DNA of 64,000 bases from Candidatus Bathyarchaeia archaeon. Its GTDB lineage: Archaea > Thermoproteota > Bathyarchaeia > Bathyarchaeales > Bathycorpusculaceae. Shown here piece after piece: positions 56,969-64,000 of the stretch. The stretch spans positions 1 through 64,000 of the forward strand of contig JAVZLH010000005.1 of assembly GCA_038883855.1 (NCBI GenBank), in the 5' to 3' direction. The stretch's first letter is position 1, and every line of letters begins with the position of its first letter. The notes beneath the pieces were generated by a model. It was not told where the DNA came from, made no database searches, and saw only the letters and a program-made list of their open reading frames with translations. The translations under genes were made by a program, and so were the position numbers.

Positions 56969-57640
56969 TTAAGATGTTTCTGTTGATGATTTCTCGCTTA
57001 ATGGAGCTGTTGGGATGCTCGGTATTCCTGCTGGCAGTTCTGGGAACTTTTCTTTGATTCTTTGTTCTGCGACTGTTGCTGCTTCTGTGAGAATTTTCTG
57101 CGCGTCTTCGTTTACGGTGTCAAAGTTTATTGTCATTCCTGAGCTTTGCCCAGCTTCAATCATTATGCCACTCAATATATTGCCTATTTCGCCAAGCTCG
57201 TTTTCTGCCTCTGGAAAAACGCTTACAAGCCCCGCTCTTACGGTCCTTAAAACGCCAACCGCCGGACCCAATGTGGAGACAACGTCTCCAAGTTCTGACA
57301 CAGTTCGTAACCTTAACACGATTTGTTCAAGGGCAAGTCTCGCATTTATTATAAGTCTCTCCATTTTGCGAATTTCTGCCAATTCATTTGCAAAAACATT
57401 TGCACGGGCTGTGTCATGCTTTGTATAGGCATCGACAATCCTTGCAAATATTGCTTTATCTCTTTGGCTGAACCTTTCAGTCGCCTGATCCAGTTTCTGA
57501 ATTTGCAGTTCAATGCGTCTTATAGCAAAGTCTAGGCGTGGCTTTAAAGGTCCTGGTGGTCTGACTGCCTCCTTTATTCGTTCTGCGAGTGGTTGTTCGT
57601 CGCGTTTACTTTCCCATTTTTTACTAAACCTTTCTGACAT
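56969..57640 (-). CDS. ESCRT-III paralog (CdvB1/B2-like, no wH domain)
   Basis: 'RANVFANELAEIRK...LEQIVLRLRTV.ELGD', 'EDAQKILTEA', 'FPELP'; GGAGGT SD before the ATG at 57640. Confidence 0.9.
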   Translation of the reverse strand: MSERFSKKWESKRDEQPLAERIKEAVRPPGPLKPRLDFAIRRIELQIQKLDQATERFSQRDKAIFARIVDAYTKHDTARANVFANELAEIRKMERLIINARLALEQIVLRLRTVSELGDVVSTLGPAVGVLRTVRAGLVSVFPEAENELGEIGNILSGIMIEAGQSSGMTINFDTVNEDAQKILTEAATVAEQRIKEKFPELPAGIPSIPTAPLSEKSSTETS

Positions 57641-57697
57641 GGTAATACCTCCGCAAAAAGAGGTGTAGAAAACTATCTTATGCATTGTTAATATGCG

Positions 57698-57729
57698 GAG
57701 CTATACAAAGGGCTATAAGTAGAGCTATA
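57698..57729. promoter_or_regulatory. Three phased direct repeats G(A/G)GCTATA upstream of the cdv operon
   Basis: GAGCTATA at 57698, GGGCTATA at 57710, GAGCTATA at 57722 (12-bp period). Confidence 0.55.
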
Positions 57730-57869
57730 TGTCTAATTAAAAGCTGTTTTTAGCTTTAAGTGGAAAATTAAAAGACAATATTGCCTATTCTTCAGTAATA
57801 GACAAAAACTTGTAAGTTAGACTAAAAAGGAGGCTTATAACCAAATGCTAAGCAAAAGGTGAAAGGCAT

Positions 57870-58088
57870 ATGGGTGAAAGGTTAAAAGTGTTCGGGTTAG
57901 TGGCTCTCTTAGGATTCATAGCGGGGATAATAGCCCAATTAACATTTGATTACGTGATCCCAGCGCTCCTAGCGATATTACCTGAACTTGTTCAAATAAG
58001 ATTCCTAGTGTCAGGATTTGCAGGTGCTTGTCTCACGGTGCTTATGGTAAGCGTTTGGGCTTACATAACAGCATCCACAGAACGCTAA
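57870..58088 (+). CDS. Small two-TM membrane protein divergent from the cdv operon
   Basis: GGTGA SD, two Gly-rich TM helices, followed by a pyrimidine tract. Confidence 0.7.
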   Translation: MGERLKVFGLVALLGFIAGIIAQLTFDYVIPALLAILPELVQIRFLVSGFAGACLTVLMVSVWAYITASTER

Positions 58089-58291
58089 AGAGACCATTAC
58101 CGCCCTTCTCTTCTTTACCCCTAACACAAAATCTTAGTTTAGATGCTCATTTTTGGACTCGGGAGCGGAAAAAGCAATCACCCCCTAGAGACGTCAGTGT
58201 ACCTCGAAAAGGTAAGTAGTTAGTGAGATTATCGCCTCTAATACCCTACTTTAGTCGCAACACTCAAATTTTAGGGAAGACTAAAACTTAA

Positions 58292-59000
58292 GTGGACAAT
58301 GAAGAAATCGAGGTACGAGTACACGTAATGTGGATGACTTCTTTTTCCGCTTCTGAGTCCCGTCTAGGTGCATGGAAAAAATTAAAAGTTTATAAGCCAG
58401 TTTGCAGAACAGTGCAGAGATTTCTCCGAAACTTCAAAAAACCATGCCTCATAATACTTGTTTCATTCGTTCTTAGTATTATAGCGACTCTGGTTTTACA
58501 ATATGTAGAAAGTACTCAAATTAAGCAACTCACATTTACAGCTACAATAACTATCTCAGGAAATTAGGTTTGGTTCTCCATTCAAGGCTCTTATCGAAAG
58601 AAGCTATTTCGATTCTCTTGGAGATGTGTATGTCTACATGCATTCTCCATATGCTGATTATTGGAGCACATTCCAAGTTTGGATGTCTTTAGACAACTCC
58701 TCGTGGGAAAATGTTCCCTTTCTAGAAGCCCCAACTGATAATATAAGTAAAATGGCATATCTAGGATGCATAAATCTATATGACCCTCAATTGGTAATCT
58801 ACGTGAAGTACTATATTCCACCACAAACAATACTTCTTCCCTCTAATGTCACAAAGGAAGAGTTTTCAAATGTTTTTGCAAACGTTTGGGTTAAACGGCA
58901 TGCTACACCAGCGGATACTGTCCAGTGGATTGCGATTCTCTTTATGTTTTTTACAGGAATTGGGTTTATTTTAGACCTTTTCTTAAGAAAAGAATCCTGA
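58292..59000 (+). pseudogene. Split hypothetical membrane-anchored protein
   Basis: ORF 58292-58567 (TM helix) and ORF 58626-59000 (C-terminal TM) join through a single frameshift near 58555-58565; AT-rich. Confidence 0.35.
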
Positions 59001-59211
59001 CAATGTAACAATAAAAATTTTCTAACTGTTAGAAATTTCGATTGTTCGAAGCATAAACTCCATAGTTTTAACATATTAGTTCGTATATTCGTAAAACTTT
59101 ATTAGTTAGGGATAGTGTGTTATATCTTAGGTGATAATATGCCAGACCAAGATTCATATCTGATCAGACTATCTGAAGATCACCTCATCGTCCAAGAGTC
59201 TAAAGTGATCA

Positions 59212-59741
59212 TTAAAAGTTATTTGCATTTCGCATCTTTTTCGACTGGCATGTTTTGGTCACGTCAACTGTTTCTTTGTCTGTTAATGCATAAACCAAGT
59301 TTATGTCCTTGTTCACTCAATGGCGTACATGGACGGTTGGTTGATTCTTTTTTCAGTTGGGTCCACGTGAATCCAATGGTTGTTTAGGAAAATTTCAACC
59401 CAGAAATGGTCTCCAGCCGCTTTCTTCGACTTGTCTTTTAGGGGTGAACAGTCGACGACTATGCGGCTTTTGTAACCTTTTGCCAAGAGCAATCCGTTGT
59501 ATAATAACGCGAATTCTCCGCATCTTCCCTTTTCTTGACGAATTATTTCTATGGGGAGTTCAGCTCCGGGTTTTGGCAATTCTCCTTTAGTATATTGGAG
59601 GTGCCTGTGTTCCCATTCCAGCAGTTCCTTCCAATCTAAGTTTTCGATAGGGCCGTGCAAAACAGACCTTGCAAAATTGATAAGCTCAGTTTTATACTCC
59701 TGTTTTGCCATTTCCCCATAACGCTTCTTGTAAACCTCCAC
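59212..59741 (-). pseudogene. PNGase-like transglutaminase-fold protein with a 1-nt frameshift
   Basis: Triad motifs 'GRCGEF', 'DHFWVE', 'WIHVDP'; after 'QPSMYAIE-TG' the adjacent frame reads 'NKDINLVYALTDKETVDVTK'. Confidence 0.75.
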
Positions 59742-59876
59742 TATCCGCGGATATTTACTACTAGACCGCCTTATTAATAGGGTAATCCTCCATCTGCTTC
59801 TATTCTTTACTTTTGGAGGGGGATAAAACTTAATAATTGCTCCATCTCAGAGGGTTCTCTAAAATGCGGTGCGCCC

Positions 59877-61145
59877 ATGAAAAAAGAGAGTTCAAACCAG
59901 TGTGAGTTTAAGCCTACTTTGGGTTTGTTGGACGCCGTATCCATAAGTGTCGGCGCAATAATAGGTGCAGGCATATTTATTGTAGTAGGCATTACGGCGA
60001 AGGCGGCGGGTTCAGCTCTTATAGTTTCTATGCTTTTAGCCGCTGTTATCGCGGTTTTTACCGCGCTAAGTTTTGTTGAATTAACGGCTTGGCAACCCCG
60101 CGAAGGGAGCGTTTACGAATACACTTACCAGTTGATATCGCCGTTTTCTGGTTTTCTCACTGGATGGATGTGGATTGTATCTAACACTTTTGTTGGTGCA
60201 GCAGTTTCGCTGGGTTTCGCAAGTTACCTAACGGCTTTGTTTCCATTTTTACCAGTCAACTGGGTTGCTGCAATTCTCTGCATCACTTTTACGGTGTTGA
60301 ACTTTATCGGCGTCCGCCAAACAGCCATGCTCAACAACATTCTTGTTGCAACAAAGTTACTAATACTCGTGTTTTTCGTTGTCTACGGTTCGTTACACTT
60401 TAAAGTGGCAAACCTCACGCCCTTCATGCCATTCAATTTAGGCGTTTTTTACGGCGCCTTCTACATTTTCTTTGCCTACAGTGGCTTCGCAAGAGTAGCA
60501 GTCGTAGCAGAAGAAGTTAAAGACGCAAAGCGCAATGTTCCAAAGGCTATATTGCTGTCGCTGGCGATATCCGCCATAGTTTATGTTTTGGTCGGTTTTG
60601 TGGCTGTTGGACTGGTGGGAGCTTATGAACTCGCAAGGTCAAGTTCGCCGTTGGCTGATGCCATCAGCGTAACAAACAACATTTTTGCGCGTTACTTTGT
60701 TTCTGTCAGCGGGTTGCTTGCCACGGCAAGCGTATTGCTTTCAGCTATTTTGGGGGTTTCCCGCATGGCTTGTGCAATGGCTAGGAGAAGAGACCTTCCG
60801 GAGGCTCTGTGCAGACTGCATTCGAAATTTAACACACCTCATTACGCGATATGGGTTATTGGCTTATTAATGGTTTTACTTGTGTTGTTTGCGGATTTAG
60901 ATAAGGTTGTAGCCATAAGCACCTTCGCACTGCTATTTTACTATGCTTTAGCTAACATCTGCGCTTTCCGAGCAAGGACGCAGAGAAGGATGTATCCACG
61001 CATCATCCCAGTTCTTGGAGCATGCACATGTCTAGCTCTTTTAATATTCGCGTTTTTCGCTTCACCGCAGTCTTGGATAACGGGAAACATTTGCCTAGCA
61101 GTCGGTGCTCTTTACTATTTTGTTAAACAGAAACTTTTCAAATAA
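59877..61145 (+). CDS. APC superfamily amino acid permease
   Basis: 'GAIIGAGIF', 'FFAYSGF...AEEVKD', 'SRM..AMAR'; about 12 TM helices. Confidence 0.92.
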   Translation: MKKESSNQCEFKPTLGLLDAVSISVGAIIGAGIFIVVGITAKAAGSALIVSMLLAAVIAVFTALSFVELTAWQPREGSVYEYTYQLISPFSGFLTGWMWIVSNTFVGAAVSLGFASYLTALFPFLPVNWVAAILCITFTVLNFIGVRQTAMLNNILVATKLLILVFFVVYGSLHFKVANLTPFMPFNLGVFYGAFYIFFAYSGFARVAVVAEEVKDAKRNVPKAILLSLAISAIVYVLVGFVAVGLVGAYELARSSSPLADAISVTNNIFARYFVSVSGLLATASVLLSAILGVSRMACAMARRRDLPEALCRLHSKFNTPHYAIWVIGLLMVLLVLFADLDKVVAISTFALLFYYALANICAFRARTQRRMYPRIIPVLGACTCLALLIFAFFASPQSWITGNICLAVGALYYFVKQKLFK

Positions 61146-61164
61146 AGAAAGAAGCGTTAAGTAA

Positions 61165-63606
61165 TCATTTTGCTTTCTTTTTCAGCATGTTTTCAAGCAG
61201 TGGACGTAATTTCGCATTTTCAGCCTTAATTTTATCTTTTCCTAGAGCACGCATCTGCTCAGTCATTTCCTTAACTATTTCTGCAAACTTAACGCCTTCA
61301 GCAGCGGAAACATACTCAACCCTAAACCTTTCATGGCTTAAACCCAGCTTATGTAGCATTGGCGCTAAAGCATCCATTCTGGCTTTCATCTTCCAGTTTC
61401 CACTAATATAGTGACAGTCGTAAGGCAAGTGGCATGCTGCAACCAAAACCATTCCAGCGCCAAGCCTAAGCGCTTCTAATACGAAGTCGCGGTCAACCCT
61501 TCCAGAACACATAACACGAATGGGTCTTATGGTTGGCGGATACTCAAACCTGCTTGTTCCAGCCAAATCCGCGCCCGCATAGCTGCACCAGTTGCAGAGG
61601 AAAGCCAAAATTTTGTCTTCAGGGTCTTTTTCCAAAGCAGCCCTTATCTGCGCCATTATTTGGGCGTCTGTGAAATGCATCTGTGTTATAGCGTCTGCTG
61701 GACATTCAGCCACACATGTTCCGCATCCGTGGCACATGGCTGTTATAACTTCTGCTGGCTTCTTTTCCTCTGCCCTTATGGCTCCATATGGACAGCGTTC
61801 AGCGCAGATTCCACATTTGACTGAAACGTTTCTGCATTTGCTTGGGTCCACAACCGCTATTATGGGTTCAATCTTCCATTTCGTTTTTGAAAGCACTGTT
61901 GCGGCTCTTGCCGCTGCACCGGAGCCTTGCGAAACGCTGTAGGGTATGTCCTTTGGCGCTTGACATGAGCCAGCTAGGAACACGCCGTCTGTCGGCGCGT
62001 CTAAAGGTTTAAGCTTTGGGTGGCTTTCCATGAAGAAGCCTTCTGCGCCTCGTGTTAAGTTGAGGATTCGCGCTATTTCCTCTGAGCCTTTCTTGGGTAT
62101 GGCGGCTGTTGCCAAAACAACCATTTCGGCTTCAACTTCCATTGGTTGTCCAAGCGTCATGTCTTCAGCGTGTATAATCAAGTTCTTTGTTTCTGGAATT
62201 TCTAAAACGCGGCTTACGCGTCCGCGGATAAAGTTTACGCCGAGTTCTCTTGCTCTGTGGTAGAATTCTTCAAAGCCTTTGAAGTTAGTTCGCATGTCCA
62301 TGTAGAAAACGTAAACCTCCACATCTTCCTTGTATTTCTCCTTAAGTTGGACAGCGTGCTTCAAAGTGTACATGCAGCAGAAATTGGAGCAGTATGGATA
62401 CTTGTTTGTGTCCCGTGAGCCAACACATTGTATAAAGGCTACGCTGTGGGGTTTCTGCCCGTCGGAAGCCCTTACAACTTTTCCACCAGTTGGACCGGCG
62501 GCAAGTATAAGCCTCTCAAATTCTAGGGAGGTTATGACGTTTTGGTATTTGCCATAACCATAAAGCTGGTTATCGTAGGGCAGATAAATATCATAGCCTG
62601 TTGCAACGATTATTGCGCCGACTTCAAGTTCGATTTCTTCGGGTTGCTGCTCAAAGTTTATGGCTTGTCGTGCTCCACAAGCGTCAACGCACTTGTAACA
62701 TTCGATGCAGTAATCACGATTTATGGTGTAGACAAGCGGCACAGCTTGGTCGAAGGGAACAGATATAGCCTTTCTAACGCCTAAATTCATGTCCCATTCG
62801 TTGGGATACTCGATTGGACAAGCATCTTTACATTCGCCGCAGCCCGTGCAGTTTTCCGCGATAACATAACGTGGGTTTTTTCTAATTTTAACCTTGAAGT
62901 TTCCTATAAACCCGCTGACGCTTAACAAATCTGCATAAGAAATTATTTCGATGTTCGGGTGTCTTCCAACATCAACCATCTTTGGACCTTCAATGCATAT
63001 GGAACAGTCAAGGGTTGGAAAAGTCTTGTCAAGCTGCGCCATGTGTCCGCCTATGCTTTCGCTTTTCTCTAACAGATAAACTTTGAAGCCCATCTCAGCC
63101 AAGTCAAGAGCGGCGTTCATTCCAGCAATTCCGCCGCCTATGACAAGCGCCTTGTTGATTACTGGAACTTCTATTGTTTGGAGAGGCATTAGGAGCCTAG
63201 CCTTCGCAACAGCCATCTTAATGAGGTCTTTGGCTTTTTCCGTTGCCTCCTTCGGAGTGCTTGGATGACACCATGAAGAGAATTCGCGGATGTTCGCCAT
63301 CTCAAAAAGGAATGGGTTTAAACCAACATCCGAAACCGTCCGCCTAAAAGTTGGCTCGTGCATGCGCGGTGAACAAGCAGCGACAACCACGCGGTTCAGC
63401 CTATGCTCTTTTATCGCCTTTCTAATTTCCTCTTGCCCCGGGTCTGCACATGTGTAGCGGTTGTCTTTAACATAAACAACATCTGGCAAAGTTTTAGCGT
63501 ATTCAACAAGCTCTTTTATGTCTAAAACGCCAGCTATGTTTAAGCCGCAGTGGCAGATGAAAACTCCTATCCGCAGTTCTTGATTTTCACCTTGTTTTTG
63601 ACTCAT
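61165..63606 (-). CDS. hdrA: Heterodisulfide reductase subunit A fused to MvhD
   Basis: 'CHCGLNI', 'ACSPRMHE', 'GGGIAG', 'LDKTFPTLDC', 'QCVGSRD', 'CSNFCC', then MvhD 'CNWCSYAGAD...MCSGRV...DCHY'. Confidence 0.95.
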   Translation of the reverse strand: MSQKQGENQELRIGVFICHCGLNIAGVLDIKELVEYAKTLPDVVYVKDNRYTCADPGQEEIRKAIKEHRLNRVVVAACSPRMHEPTFRRTVSDVGLNPFLFEMANIREFSSWCHPSTPKEATEKAKDLIKMAVAKARLLMPLQTIEVPVINKALVIGGGIAGMNAALDLAEMGFKVYLLEKSESIGGHMAQLDKTFPTLDCSICIEGPKMVDVGRHPNIEIISYADLLSVSGFIGNFKVKIRKNPRYVIAENCTGCGECKDACPIEYPNEWDMNLGVRKAISVPFDQAVPLVYTINRDYCIECYKCVDACGARQAINFEQQPEEIELEVGAIIVATGYDIYLPYDNQLYGYGKYQNVITSLEFERLILAAGPTGGKVVRASDGQKPHSVAFIQCVGSRDTNKYPYCSNFCCMYTLKHAVQLKEKYKEDVEVYVFYMDMRTNFKGFEEFYHRARELGVNFIRGRVSRVLEIPETKNLIIHAEDMTLGQPMEVEAEMVVLATAAIPKKGSEEIARILNLTRGAEGFFMESHPKLKPLDAPTDGVFLAGSCQAPKDIPYSVSQGSGAAARAATVLSKTKWKIEPIIAVVDPSKCRNVSVKCGICAERCPYGAIRAEEKKPAEVITAMCHGCGTCVAECPADAITQMHFTDAQIMAQIRAALEKDPEDKILAFLCNWCSYAGADLAGTSRFEYPPTIRPIRVMCSGRVDRDFVLEALRLGAGMVLVAACHLPYDCHYISGNWKMKARMDALAPMLHKLGLSHERFRVEYVSAAEGVKFAEIVKEMTEQMRALGKDKIKAENAKLRPLLENMLKKKAK

Positions 63607-64000
63607 ACGTACGCGGACCTCCACTTCAATCTTCTTTCAACAGTTTCCTTCGTTTTCCGAGAGCCTTTAGCCTTCAACTCCTTAGAAATTTCAATAGGCG
63701 AAGCCAGTCGCTCTAAGGCTTTGTTCCATGCTCCAGAGCGGACGGGCGTATGCCTTATCCTTGTTCTTTTGAGTTCTAAAGCCTCCTCAACTGGACAGAC
63801 AACTTTGCAAGCGCCACAGTAGATGCAGAACAACTCGTTAACGTGAACCTTCTTATCCTCGTCAGAAAGGTATAGGGCGCCAGTTATTGGGCAAACGTCT
63901 AGGCAGTCTGTGCACACTTCTGGACATTTTTCCGTGTGGATTAGGATTTTTCCGAAGAAGAACTTTCGCACATGTACGAGCCCTTTTGGACATTTAAACT
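63603..64000 (-). CDS. Polyferredoxin (4Fe-4S dicluster, FwdF/MvhB-like), 3' part (5' end lies outside the window)
   Basis: Frame is open to the window edge; 'CPEVCTDCLDVCP', 'CIYCGACKVVCP'; its stop overlaps the hdrA start. Confidence 0.8.
   Translation of the reverse strand, partial: FKCPKGLVHVRKFFFGKILIHTEKCPEVCTDCLDVCPITGALYLSDEDKKVHVNELFCIYCGACKVVCPVEEALELKRTRIRHTPVRSGAWNKALERLASPIEISKELKAKGSRKTKETVERRLKWRSAYV

Noticed and set aside
1-64000. Genome-wide TAG recoding
   Set aside because: TAG ends many genes at their expected C-termini (for example glmM, the beta-CASP gene and rimK); only one clear internal TAG was found.
1-64000. CRISPR array, rRNA, IS or transposase
   Set aside because: No regularly spaced repeats, rRNA-like segment or transposase motifs were found by eye.

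Overview
Archaeal chromosomal segment, most consistent with Bathyarchaeia (inferred from the combination of CdvA/CdvB/CdvC, SmAP3, fwdDBAC-mch, an HdrA-MvhD fusion and tRNAs with non-canonical BHB introns). From left to right it holds: the end of a type IV pilus locus (T2SS-F, several class III signal-peptide pilins, prepilin peptidase); pfkB-glmM-glmU; housekeeping genes (Lsm, PAC2, tgtA, beta-CASP, amzA, presenilin-like protease, ribK, ribL, dph5, RIO2, valS); tRNA-Lys(CTT) and tRNA-Tyr(GTA), each with two introns, flanking an oligopeptide ABC operon collapsed by deletion; a TPP riboswitch directly ahead of thiT; an H4MPT/methanofuran C1 cluster; a cluster of three paralogous Pol-beta-like nucleotidyltransferases beside citG and an ECF S component; a four-gene ESCRT-III/Cdv operon with phased promoter repeats; a frameshifted PNGase-like gene; and hdrA-mvhD. 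The most notable observations are the archaeal TPP riboswitch with the SD sequence inside the aptamer, the triple nucleotidyltransferase-CitG-ECF locus, at least three genes that appear to need ATA/ATT/ATC start codons, the eukaryote-type PNGase homolog, and a high pseudogene load. No CRISPR array, rRNA, integrase or transposase was seen. All calls come from reading motifs by eye; no database search was run.
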